Positions 9,974 to 18,886 of a DNA stretch of 39,607 nt are shown here, piece by piece. The translations under genes were made by a program, and so were the position numbers. Under the pieces are notes generated by a model. The model searched no databases. It was given only the letters and a program-made list of their open reading frames with translations, and was not told the DNA's origin. Location of the stretch: the sequence record SRR22947725_6258, one strand, 5' to 3'. Positions within the stretch are counted from its first letter, which is position 1. The number at the start of each line of letters is the position of its first letter.

Positions 9974-10513
9974 CTAGGCAGCCTGAGCGAGGTAGCCCTC
10001 CCAGTGCGGCTGGGGACGCTCAATTCCCCGGACCAGCCATGCTGTTCCAAAAGGAGTTTTAGGGACAGAGTGCATTCGCCAGCCCATTTCTTGCGGCGTC
10101 CTATCGCTCTTGATGTTGTTGCAGGAAAGACAACAGGCCACCAAGTTCTCCCACTCGTCTTTCCCGCCGCGCGAGCGAGGCACAACGTGATCAATGGTGG
10201 TGGCCGACCGGCCACAGTAAGCGCATCTGTTGGAGTCTCGGCGCAATACCCCCCGGCGCGAAACAGGAATATGGCGATTGTGAGGCATCTTGACATATCG
10301 GGTGAGGACGATTACGGAGGGTCTCTCCCACGAACCATCCACACTTCTCACCGGGTAGCCTTGATCACTTTCGACCACTATCGCTCGACCGTTCATCACC
10401 AGCACGAGCGCTCGGCGAAACGACACCACGGACAGTGGCTCATATCCCGCGTTCAACACCAGCGTCCTGCTCGCTCCCCGCTCGGGGGCCACTACTTCAG
10501 CGACGCTACTCAT
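9974..10513 (-). CDS. HNH endonuclease (McrA-like, Rv2469c-type)
   Basis: TLVLNAGYEPL, RRDSNRCAYCG, TIDHVVPRSRGG..EWENLVACCLSCNNIK. Confidence 0.93.
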   Translation of the reverse strand: MSSVAEVVAPERGASRTLVLNAGYEPLSVVSFRRALVLVMNGRAIVVESDQGYPVRSVDGSWERPSVIVLTRYVKMPHNRHIPVSRRGVLRRDSNRCAYCGRSATTIDHVVPRSRGGKDEWENLVACCLSCNNIKSDRTPQEMGWRMHSVPKTPFGTAWLVRGIERPQPHWEGYLAQAA

Positions 10514-10677
10514 GCCCAGGCCCCGTTAACGCAAAAGACACCATCGAAAATCGATGGTGTCGAGAAATATCGCGACGTGGGACATCCCACAGAAGGTCGG
10601 ATGGCGAACAATATCCGAAAGTGAGCGCGCGCGTCTCGCAGTAGACGAGCTCTGTGCCTCATGATCCCACCCCTCAT
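10510..10677 (-). other. Candidate leader ORF (50-55 aa) / structured 5' leader of the HNH gene
   Basis: MRGGI-MRHRARLLRDARAHFRILFAIRPSVGCPTSRYFSTPSIFDGVFCVNGAWA*; stop overlaps HNH start (ATGA); TAACCT -10 at 10700-10705. Confidence 0.4.
10533..10561 (-). terminator. Intrinsic terminator/attenuator hairpin just upstream of the HNH gene
   Basis: Minus strand GACACCATCGA-TTT-TCGATGGTGTC (11-bp perfect stem) followed by TTTT. Confidence 0.7.
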
Positions 10678-10802
10678 TTCTTACGGGACGAACTCTCTTA
10701 GGTTATCCCTCCTCCCCCAACGTGCAATACCGCGGCACGCCGGGGCGAGCCCGCCACCCACAGCCCCGAATGGGTCAGAACCGGAACCTCTAGAATTGAG
10801 AC

Positions 10803-11915
10803 ATGGCGCCCCTTGAAATCCCCCAAGAATTACTCCCCGCAGATGGCCGGTTTGGCGCTGGTCCCTCCCGGGTTTCTCCCGCACAGCTTCAGCATCTGCT
10901 CGCCCACGCCGACATTGTGGGGACGTCTCACCGCCAAGCCCCGGTCAAAGACCTGGTTGCTCGGGTCCAGGGGATGCTGGCCGATTTTTTTTCCCTACCC
11001 GGGGGCTATGAAGTTGTTTTAGGAAATGGTGGGTCCACCGCTTTCTGGGACGTCTCAGCAGCCAGCCTTGCCCGCACTCGCAGCGCCCACCTGAGTTTTG
11101 GTGAATTTGGCAGCAAGTGTGTCAGCGCCCACACCACGCCGTGGCTCGAGAGTCCTGACGTGGTGTCCAGCGATCCGGGCACCAGGGGCGCACTGAGCGC
11201 AATCGCGGGAGTCGACCTCTATGCCTGGCCCCACAACGAAACCTCCACCGGGGTGTCGGCGCCGGTCAAGCGAGTGGCGGGCGCTGATTCCGATGCGCTC
11301 ATGGTGGTCGATGCCACCAGTGCTGCCGGTGGCATCGACTGTGACGTTCGCGAGAGTGACGTGTATTACTTTGCTCCCCAGAAGAACTTTGCCAGCGATG
11401 GCGGGTTGTGGTTCGCCCTGATGTCCCCTGCGGCTATTGCCCGGGCAGCAGAGATTGCCGACACGGATCGATACATTCCTGATTTCTTATCCCTCACCCA
11501 GGCGATCGATAATTCCAGGCTCCACCAAACTCTTAATACCCCCGCTCTCACAACCCTGCTACTGATGGAAGCACAGCTGGAATGGATGCTCAGTATCGGT
11601 GGTCTCACTGCCACCGCGGCGCACTGCGCTGCCTCTTCCGCTGTGCTCTATGACTGGGCTGACTCGCGAAGCGATGTCACCGCGTTTGTTCGAAACCCTG
11701 ACCACCGCTCTCCCGTGGTGGTGACGCTGGATATCGACGAAGCAATTGACGCCACAGCCATCACCTCCGTGCTTCGCGCAAATGGAATCGTCGACACAGA
11801 GCCCTACCGCAAACTGGGTCGAAACCAGATTCGCGTTGCCACTTTCGCTGGCGTTCCCCACTCAGATGTGGAGAAGCTGATTTCTTCTCTCGACTACGTC
11901 CTGGAAAATCTTTAG
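10803..11915 (+). CDS. serC: Phosphoserine aminotransferase
   Basis: DGRFGAGPS, GTSHRQ, HNETSTGV, DATSAAG, YYFAPQKNF (PLP lysine), YRKLGRNQIR. TAGAAT-N6-ATG. Confidence 0.96.
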   Translation: MAPLEIPQELLPADGRFGAGPSRVSPAQLQHLLAHADIVGTSHRQAPVKDLVARVQGMLADFFSLPGGYEVVLGNGGSTAFWDVSAASLARTRSAHLSFGEFGSKCVSAHTTPWLESPDVVSSDPGTRGALSAIAGVDLYAWPHNETSTGVSAPVKRVAGADSDALMVVDATSAAGGIDCDVRESDVYYFAPQKNFASDGGLWFALMSPAAIARAAEIADTDRYIPDFLSLTQAIDNSRLHQTLNTPALTTLLLMEAQLEWMLSIGGLTATAAHCAASSAVLYDWADSRSDVTAFVRNPDHRSPVVVTLDIDEAIDATAITSVLRANGIVDTEPYRKLGRNQIRVATFAGVPHSDVEKLISSLDYVLENL

Positions 11916-12442
11916 GGATTCGGCGTTTCGGGTTCTTCCCATTCGATGTGGTCTAACACATCGGTAGGTTCCTCGGGGACCTCCAGAGGAGCCGGGTCTA
12001 GACCGATGTCGAGCTGATCGATATCGACTCCGTCGACGTCGTCGTCAAAGTCGTCCTCATCCCCGTCATCGTCATCGTCATCGTCGTCCACCGCAGCGGC
12101 GTCTTTGAGCTCTTTTTCGTGCAGGAGGTATTCCTCCATGCGGTCAGCCCAGGGAACCCACGCAGGCGAGAGGAGAGCCTTTTCGCCGGGGATGAGTTCC
12201 ACCTCCAGCACGGTTGGTTCCTGACCTTCGCTGTGAGCAAGCGCCACGGTCCACGACCACCCCGGGTAGCCCTCCATGGTGGAGGGGAAGTGAGCAGAAA
12301 TAACACCCTCCTCCTTGGTGAAGGTTGGGGTAAGGGAATAGGTGCCCTCGCCAGTGACTTCTCGCAGAGCTGCCAAGGAGAGAGCGGTGAGAGTTTCCTC
12401 GCTGGGGTCTGCCAGAGACTTGGCTGGGGTTTTCCTAGGCAT
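11912..12442 (-). CDS. DUF3027 domain protein with acidic C-terminal tail
   Basis: GYPGWSWTVAL, EVELIPGEKALLSPAWVPWADR; start overlaps cold-shock gene stop. Confidence 0.85.
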   Translation of the reverse strand: MPRKTPAKSLADPSEETLTALSLAALREVTGEGTYSLTPTFTKEEGVISAHFPSTMEGYPGWSWTVALAHSEGQEPTVLEVELIPGEKALLSPAWVPWADRMEEYLLHEKELKDAAAVDDDDDDDDGDEDDFDDDVDGVDIDQLDIGLDPAPLEVPEEPTDVLDHIEWEEPETPNP

Positions 12443-12809
12443 CGAACTCGTCGGCAACCTTGCGCAAGAGTGCGGCAATTTTGCGGGCGTTGTCATCCGC
12501 GGGGTAACGGCCGTGGCGAAGATCCCCACTGCTGCGGTCCAAGAGTTTGATGAGGTCTTCCACAATGACCGCCATATCTTCAGCACCCTTGCGGCCAAAG
12601 CGACCGGTAGGAGTGTCCAGTACCCGAACGCTCAACGCTTGTGCTCCGCGCTTACCTTCGGCAACGCCAAACTCGACCCGGGAACCGGCCTTCACCACTT
12701 CGCCTTCAGGAAGCGCCGACGCATGGAGGAAAACCTCTTCGCCTTCATCAGTCTGGATGAAGCCAAAACCTTTTTCTTGGTCATAAAACTTGACCTTGCC
12801 GCTGGGCAT
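12435..12809 (-). CDS. Cold-shock domain protein with C-terminal helical extension (Rv0871/CspB-type)
   Basis: MPSGKVKFYDQEKGFGFI...EVFLHASAL (RNP1/RNP2); GAAAGG SD. Confidence 0.93.
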   Translation of the reverse strand: MPSGKVKFYDQEKGFGFIQTDEGEEVFLHASALPEGEVVKAGSRVEFGVAEGKRGAQALSVRVLDTPTGRFGRKGAEDMAVIVEDLIKLLDRSSGDLRHGRYPADDNARKIAALLRKVADEFDA

Positions 12810-12887
12810 AGGGAGCCTTTCTGTCGCGGGGTCACTTCGTCCCCGCTCCCCAGGATAGTCCCTCAAGGAACCAGGTATTCTGGAGGG

Positions 12888-13163
12888 ATGTCTTCTCTTG
12901 ATACTCCACCCCCCTCACGCCCTGAAAGGGTTATTGCTGCGGCTATTGCCGCGACGATTGGGCTCAGTATTGTGGCATTTTTTGCCATCATTATCGGCTC
13001 ATGGCAGGGCCTGCAACGAGAAGATTTCGCCGAAGGGCTGTGGCCCGTTATCGCGGTGATTCCCCTGATTGCGCTTCCAGCAGGTTTTATTCTGATCATC
13101 GTGCTACTGGTGCTTTCCACGAGGCGTCGACGCTCGTCAGGCGGCCATGCCTCTTCCGACTAA
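12888..13163 (+). CDS. Small two-TM membrane protein
   Basis: Two hydrophobic helices followed by RRRR; TATTCT-N6-ATG; overlaps next gene. Confidence 0.75.
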   Translation: MSSLDTPPPSRPERVIAAAIAATIGLSIVAFFAIIIGSWQGLQREDFAEGLWPVIAVIPLIALPAGFILIIVLLVLSTRRRRSSGGHASSD

Positions 13164-14895
13164 GAGCGCTCTGGTGTTGATCGGCTGGTTGGCTGATCAA
13201 GACGAATCCACCCTTCTTCAGGTTGCGAGTCTGCGGGGTCTCAAGCCCTCCGAGTGTGGAAGCCTCGCGGAAATGTCGCAGGCTCTCCTGGGCGAGGTCA
13301 ACACCCTCGCCACGCTGCGAGCACTCCCGAGAGAGCAGCTGCACAGCCTGCTGGAGCTGTCAAAGAATCATGCTCCCCGTGCCCACGGCGACGCTCTCGC
13401 CGCGTGCGGGTTATGGAATGGCGAGAGTGGCTCACCAACGCTGTTTCTCGACTCTGCAGGGTTAGCGGCTCTCGCCGGTATCGATTTTGGCAGCCCCGCC
13501 CCCGTCGTTCCTGATCACTTTCTCGATTCTCCGTCCCTTTCTCTGGCGGCAACGAGGGCCTGGGGAACCGTCTGTATGGTGGAGGACCTCCTCGATGTGC
13601 TCGGCGGTGCGAAATTGGGGGCCGGCCGGGAAAGCCTCCTTTCAGCGACCGCGCGAAAGACCCTGCTTCAGGAAGTGGGGGAAGGCTACAACCTTGACCT
13701 GCTTGCAGGCCTCGCCCAGCAAGCAGGGTTGATGGCTATCCGTTCCGGCCATCTTCTGCCCACCAAGCACGCACACGACTGGGCACAGCTCACCCCGGAT
13801 GCCCAATGGCAATGGCTCGCTACACGGTGGTGGGCAGATGCGCCGGCGTGGTTCACCGGGACAATTGCCCGCACCCCCGCGCTTCACTGGGATACCCAGG
13901 GTGAAGCACAGGCCAGCTATTCCTACCCCCTGGCCCAGCTTGAAGAGCTTGGCCGTATCCGAGAGAGCGCTCACGCGCTGGGCTTGTTGGAAGAAGGTCA
14001 GGCCACTACTTGGACGCAAGTCATCGATAACGGCGATGCCGCCGCAAAGCTCTTTCTTGGGTCTCTTCCCCCCGTCACAACCGGTGTTTTCGCGGGGGAA
14101 GACCTCACTCTTTTGGCAACCGGACCCTTGGGGAAAGGGCACCGTAGTTCTTTGAACAAGATTGCGCAGCGCGATTTGGGCGGACTCGTGCCCAGGTATC
14201 GCCTGAACCAGGCCTCCCTTCTGCGGGCGCTTCACCAGGGATATCCCGCAGAGAACCTGGTCAAAGATGTTAGAGACGCCTGCGCCAACCCGCTGCCCCA
14301 CGCGATGGAGTCGATGATTACCGACACCATTCGCCGGGCACAAGACATCATCCTTCGCTCTCACGAAGGGGGAACCATGATCACCACGGGCTCTTCCGAA
14401 CGCGCCACAGAATTACTCATCGACCCGAGACTCTCGATGGTGGGATTGAGCCAACACGAGGACACCATCGTGCTGTCACCCTGGCCGCTCGAGCGGGTTC
14501 ACACGGCTCTGAGTCAGGCCTCACATCCAGCACTCGTGGAAGAGGCTGAGCACACCGTGGAGCAGCCAGCCCCAGCGGAGCAAGCGCAGTGGTGGTCGGG
14601 AGACCCTGAGCCAGCGCCGTCTGTTGCCGAGACCATCACCACACTAGTTTCTGGTCTTCGCTCCGCAGCGTCCAAGGGGGTGCCCGCAGGGGTGGGAAGC
14701 ATGATCGAAGTGGCTGTAGCGGGGAAAGTCCACCTGGAAGTCGTGGTCGAAATGCCCGATGGTTCGCTGGTGACTTTTGTGATGGAGCCACGAGCGTTGG
14801 GCGGCGGACGACTGCGAGGAGTAGAGCTCAGCAATGCCACGGAGCGAACGCTCCCCGTGTCTCGAATTCGTTCCGTGCAACCAATCGAGTCCTAA
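13147..14895 (+). CDS. XPB-associated helicase C-terminal-like domain protein with C-terminal WYL-like domain (Rv0862c-like)
   Basis: DLTLLATGPL...YRLNQASLLRAL..G...PLPHAMESMI; C-terminal EPRALGGGRLRG...ERTLPVSRIRSV; directly upstream of XPB. Confidence 0.8.
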   Translation: MPLPTKSALVLIGWLADQDESTLLQVASLRGLKPSECGSLAEMSQALLGEVNTLATLRALPREQLHSLLELSKNHAPRAHGDALAACGLWNGESGSPTLFLDSAGLAALAGIDFGSPAPVVPDHFLDSPSLSLAATRAWGTVCMVEDLLDVLGGAKLGAGRESLLSATARKTLLQEVGEGYNLDLLAGLAQQAGLMAIRSGHLLPTKHAHDWAQLTPDAQWQWLATRWWADAPAWFTGTIARTPALHWDTQGEAQASYSYPLAQLEELGRIRESAHALGLLEEGQATTWTQVIDNGDAAAKLFLGSLPPVTTGVFAGEDLTLLATGPLGKGHRSSLNKIAQRDLGGLVPRYRLNQASLLRALHQGYPAENLVKDVRDACANPLPHAMESMITDTIRRAQDIILRSHEGGTMITTGSSERATELLIDPRLSMVGLSQHEDTIVLSPWPLERVHTALSQASHPALVEEAEHTVEQPAPAEQAQWWSGDPEPAPSVAETITTLVSGLRSAASKGVPAGVGSMIEVAVAGKVHLEVVVEMPDGSLVTFVMEPRALGGGRLRGVELSNATERTLPVSRIRSVQPIES

Positions 14896-14920
14896 GTTTG
14901 CCTCGCTAGACTGGTGGGCT

Positions 14921-16594
14921 ATGAATCCTGACGGTTGCCTCATTGTCCAGAGCGACAAGACGGTCCTTCTCGAGGTCGGACATCCTCACTCCAACGATGC
15001 CAGGCACGCCCTCGCGGTCTTTGCAGAGCTGGAGCGGGCCCCCGAGCACGTCCACACCTATCGGATTACCCGATTGGGGCTCTGGAACGCGCGAGCGGCA
15101 GGTCACACCAGGGAAGAAATTCTTGCCACACTCGAGCAATATTCCAAGTTTGCCCTTCCCCCAGGCATTGTCGAAGAAATCGAGGACACCCTGCGTCGGT
15201 TTGGCCAAATCGACATCACCCGCGAGGGCGACCAGCTGTACCTTTCCACCGCTAACGATGTGACCCGAGCAGAAATTATCCGCAACCCCAAGGTTCTCGA
15301 ACTTCTGGGCGAGTCTGACGAGGCCGGGCGTTTCCCGATTGCGGCATGGTCACGAGGCCTCATCAAGCAGGAATTGCTCAAACGCGGCTGGCCCGCGGCC
15401 GACCACGCCGGCTACACCGAGGGAACCCCCCACGCCATGGCGCTGCGAGAAGACTCCTGGGGCCTGCGGGAATATCAAAAAGAGGCCGTTGCGCGCTTTA
15501 CTGATCAGGGGTCCGGGGTTGTGGTGTTGCCGTGTGGAGCAGGGAAGACGCTTGTGGGGGCTGGGGTGATGGCGAAACTCGGCACATCCACCCTGATTCT
15601 TGTCACCAATACCGTCTCTGCCCGCCAATGGCGGGCAGAGCTCCTGGCGAGAACCGACCTCACCGAGGAGGACATTGGTGAATATTCGGGCTCCATCAAA
15701 GAGATTAAGCCCGTCACGATTGCCAGCTACACGATCATGGCCGCCAAGAGAAAAGGCGAATTCGCCCACCTGGGTATCTTGGATGCCAAGAACTGGGGAC
15801 TTGTGGTCTATGACGAGGTCCATCTGCTCCCCGCTCCCGTCTTCCAACTCACTGCTCAACTCCAGGCGAGGCGCCGCCTGGGGTTGACCGCAACGCTTGT
15901 CAGAGAAGACGGGCGCGAAGGCGATGTGTTTTCACTCATCGGCCCGAAGCGTTTTGATGTGCCCTGGAAAGACCTGGAAGCGGAAGGGTATATCGCCCCG
16001 GCCCGGTGTCTCGAAATTCGGGTGGACTTGCCCACTGGAGAGCGCCTGGATTACGCCGCAGGGAGCGATAAAGAACGTTTCCGCTTGGCTTCCACTAGCC
16101 CCACCAAGAGTGCTGTGGTGAAAGAGCTGCTCGCTATCCACAAAGACGACCCCACACTGATTATTGGGACCTACCTGGAACAAATCGAGCAGCTCTCCAG
16201 TGATCTTGATTTGCCCATGATTACCGGGGATACCCCGGTTCCCGTCAGGGAAGAGCTATATGCTGCGTTTCGCGCGGGGGAAATAACCCGTCTCGTCGTG
16301 TCGAAAGTCGCCAACTTCTCGCTAGACCTTCCTGAAGCGTCCGTTGCCATCCAGGTGTCCGGGTCGTTTGGCTCCCGCCAAGAGGAGGCGCAACGTTTGG
16401 GTCGGATTCTTCGACCCAAGGCTGACGGTGGCCCGGCCACCTTTTACACCCTGGTTGCCCGAGACACCGTGGACCAGGATTTTGCTCTGAATCGCCAGCG
16501 GTTCCTTGCCGAGCAGGGGTACGGGTACCGCATCATGGAGTCCACCGAAATCCCCCACACTCTCCCCCTCGTGCTTTCAGGAGACATTCAGTAA
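14921..16594 (+). CDS. DNA repair helicase XPB (ERCC3/Rad25-like, SF2)
   Basis: LIVQSDKTVLLE, LPCGAGKT, DEVH, GLTAT, QRLGRILRPK. Confidence 0.96.
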   Translation: MNPDGCLIVQSDKTVLLEVGHPHSNDARHALAVFAELERAPEHVHTYRITRLGLWNARAAGHTREEILATLEQYSKFALPPGIVEEIEDTLRRFGQIDITREGDQLYLSTANDVTRAEIIRNPKVLELLGESDEAGRFPIAAWSRGLIKQELLKRGWPAADHAGYTEGTPHAMALREDSWGLREYQKEAVARFTDQGSGVVVLPCGAGKTLVGAGVMAKLGTSTLILVTNTVSARQWRAELLARTDLTEEDIGEYSGSIKEIKPVTIASYTIMAAKRKGEFAHLGILDAKNWGLVVYDEVHLLPAPVFQLTAQLQARRRLGLTATLVREDGREGDVFSLIGPKRFDVPWKDLEAEGYIAPARCLEIRVDLPTGERLDYAAGSDKERFRLASTSPTKSAVVKELLAIHKDDPTLIIGTYLEQIEQLSSDLDLPMITGDTPVPVREELYAAFRAGEITRLVVSKVANFSLDLPEASVAIQVSGSFGSRQEEAQRLGRILRPKADGGPATFYTLVARDTVDQDFALNRQRFLAEQGYGYRIMESTEIPHTLPLVLSGDIQ

Positions 16595-16602
16595 TTTCCC
16601 AG
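16575..16602 (+). promoter_or_regulatory. Three 11-bp-phased direct repeats, candidate OmpR/PhoP/MprA-type binding site
   Basis: TTTCAG-N5-ATTCAG-N5-TCCCAG, ending 11 nt before the response regulator ATG. Confidence 0.5.
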
Positions 16603-16613
16603 ATAATAACTAC

Positions 16614-17306
16614 ATGACTACTGGACCCAAAGTACTTATCTGTGATGACGAAGCGAATATTCGGGATCTTTTGATGACGAGCCTGCGCTTTGCAGGTTTC
16701 TCTGTCCGGGCCGTTGCCACCGGAGCACAAACGATCTCCGCGGTGTTGGAAGAAGAGCCCGACATCATCATTTTAGACGTCATGTTGCCCGACATTAACG
16801 GATTCGGCGTAACCAAGCGTCTGCGGGCCAGCGGATACACCTGCCCTATCTTGTTCCTCACCGCCAAGGACTCCACCGAGGACAAAATCACCGGCCTGAC
16901 CGTGGGCGGCGACGATTACGTCACGAAGCCCTTCAGCCTGGACGAAATTGTTGCCCGAATTAAAGCCATCCTTCGCCGCACCATCGAGGACGAAGAAGAT
17001 GCCGTGTTGCGAATCGGCAACCTCGCAATGGATCAAGACACGCATGAGGTGTCGTTTGGACCCAACCACGTGGAGCTCTCTCCCACCGAATTCAAACTCT
17101 TGCGGTATCTGATGTTGAATCCCAACCGCGTCTTGTCCAAAAATCAGATACTGGACCACGTCTGGGAGTACGACTTTAACGGGGATGCAGGGATCGTCGA
17201 AAGCTACGTGTCCTACCTGCGTCGCAAACTTGATCCCTTGACTCCCGAGCCTTTGATTCAGACCAAACGTGGCTTTGGTTACATGCTCAAAACCGACAAA
17301 GCCTAA
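16614..17306 (+). CDS. OmpR/PhoP-family DNA-binding response regulator
   Basis: ICDDE, LDVMLPDING, FLTAK, DDYVTKPFS, LSPTEFKLL, IQTKRGFGY. Confidence 0.96.
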   Translation: MTTGPKVLICDDEANIRDLLMTSLRFAGFSVRAVATGAQTISAVLEEEPDIIILDVMLPDINGFGVTKRLRASGYTCPILFLTAKDSTEDKITGLTVGGDDYVTKPFSLDEIVARIKAILRRTIEDEEDAVLRIGNLAMDQDTHEVSFGPNHVELSPTEFKLLRYLMLNPNRVLSKNQILDHVWEYDFNGDAGIVESYVSYLRRKLDPLTPEPLIQTKRGFGYMLKTDKA

Positions 17307-17311
17307 GCCTC

Positions 17312-18805
17312 ATGCTGCAACGTCTGCAGGAATGGTGGGAAGCCACCTCCTTGCGGACCAAAATCACCGGCGCAAGCGTTCTGGTGATAGCCGTGGCGCT
17401 CACGGGTATTGGCGTGGGCACCATCATGGGGTTGCAGCGCTACCTCATGGCCGAGGTCGACCGAAAAATCGATGCCGTTGCGCTCGGTCTCCCCCAGAGC
17501 CTCAGCACCCAAGATTTTGCCGACTTTGACACCACGGCAAGTACCGGGTCGACAAGCCGTTACTTTTTGGGAGCGGTTTCCGCCGAAGGTGAATTACTCG
17601 CGAGCAATGTCGCAAAAGGCGAGAGTGGCTACCAGCCGGATGTGTCTCTCTTCACCACAGGCTGGGTGCTGAACAACACCCACTCTGCCACCGCCCCCAG
17701 CGTCGATGGGGACACCGAATGGCGCGTCCATGTCTTCACGCTCAACATCGTGAGTGAAGCGGCTATGACAGAGAGCCCCGCGACGTTGATCGTCGGCGTC
17801 GATTTGCAAGAGTCTCGCCAAACCGTGGGGAGCTTTGCCTCGATATTTGTGTCCTTCGGGCTCGTTGCCACCATTCTCAGTGCGTTCCTCACTCGTCTCT
17901 TGGTGACCAGCACCCTTCGACCGCTGCGCGAAGTAGAAAGAACCGCCGCGCGCTTCGCGGGCGGTGATTTTTCTCAGCGCCTCGGTAACGCCTCTTCTCA
18001 TACTGAGGTGGGCCGCCTCACCCGAAGTCTTAACACCATGCTCTCCCGGATTGACCGAGCATTCGCAGATCGCGCCGAAACTATCGACAAAATGAGGCGC
18101 TTTATTGGTGACGCTAGCCACGAACTGCGCACGCCTCTCGTGTCAGTGCGGGGATATGCCGAGCTCTATCGGATGGGGGCCATTACGAAGAAGGCGGATG
18201 TCACCCAGGCGATGGGGCGCATCGAAAAGGAAGCCGAACGCATGACCGCTCTGGTGACCGACCTTCTCGAGCTCGCCCGACTGGATGAAGCGCAGCCCTT
18301 TTTGATTGTGCCGGTGGATTTGGGTTCCCTCGCGCACGATGCAGTTCTCGATGCCGGAGCCAGCGCGAAGGATCGAACCATCACGCTCTGGTCCGGCGGC
18401 GAACTGGTTCGAGACCCGCAGGCCCTTGAACCCGTAATGATTAAGGGTGAGGAGAACAAGATCCGCCAGGTGCTCGTCAACCTGTTGCAGAACGCCATCC
18501 GCTTCAGTCCTCCCGCCACACCAATCGAGGTCGTGTTTTCTCGTGACCGCAATCGCAGGGTGGGGGTGGTTCAGGTGGTGGATCATGGCGATGGGATTCC
18601 CCCGCAGGTTCGAGAGAAGATTTTTGACCGCCTCTGGCGGGCAGACAGTTCACGTGCCAGAGAGACCGGCGGGTCCGGCCTTGGCCTTGCCATCGTCCAC
18701 ACCATCGTCACCCGGCTCGAGGGCACCATTGACGTCGAAGAAACCCCCGGCGGCGGCGCAACCTTTGTCGTGTCCCTGCCCTGTGTCCCCAGGCAGGAAA
18801 GTTAG
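17312..18805 (+). CDS. HAMP-domain sensor histidine kinase
   Basis: Two TMs, HAMP, DASHELRTPL, NLLQNA, DHGDGI, GSGLGLAIV. Confidence 0.96.
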   Translation: MLQRLQEWWEATSLRTKITGASVLVIAVALTGIGVGTIMGLQRYLMAEVDRKIDAVALGLPQSLSTQDFADFDTTASTGSTSRYFLGAVSAEGELLASNVAKGESGYQPDVSLFTTGWVLNNTHSATAPSVDGDTEWRVHVFTLNIVSEAAMTESPATLIVGVDLQESRQTVGSFASIFVSFGLVATILSAFLTRLLVTSTLRPLREVERTAARFAGGDFSQRLGNASSHTEVGRLTRSLNTMLSRIDRAFADRAETIDKMRRFIGDASHELRTPLVSVRGYAELYRMGAITKKADVTQAMGRIEKEAERMTALVTDLLELARLDEAQPFLIVPVDLGSLAHDAVLDAGASAKDRTITLWSGGELVRDPQALEPVMIKGEENKIRQVLVNLLQNAIRFSPPATPIEVVFSRDRNRRVGVVQVVDHGDGIPPQVREKIFDRLWRADSSRARETGGSGLGLAIVHTIVTRLEGTIDVEETPGGGATFVVSLPCVPRQES

Positions 18806-18886
18806 ACCCCGCTCCACCGGTGGGGTCTCCAGAGGCCCTCGGTCTCGTGCCAGTCATAGAGTCATATTTCTCACGAAAGGACTCCC

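Noticed and set aside
9974-10513. HNH plus upstream RNA as an IscB/HEARO or Cas9-like system
   Set aside because: Protein is 179 aa with no RuvC, PLMP or bridge-helix motifs; no repeat array or transposon ends.
12030-12090. TCG/TCA-like repeat as a VNTR or CRISPR-like array
   Set aside because: Encodes the poly-Asp tract; imperfect, with no repeat-spacer structure.
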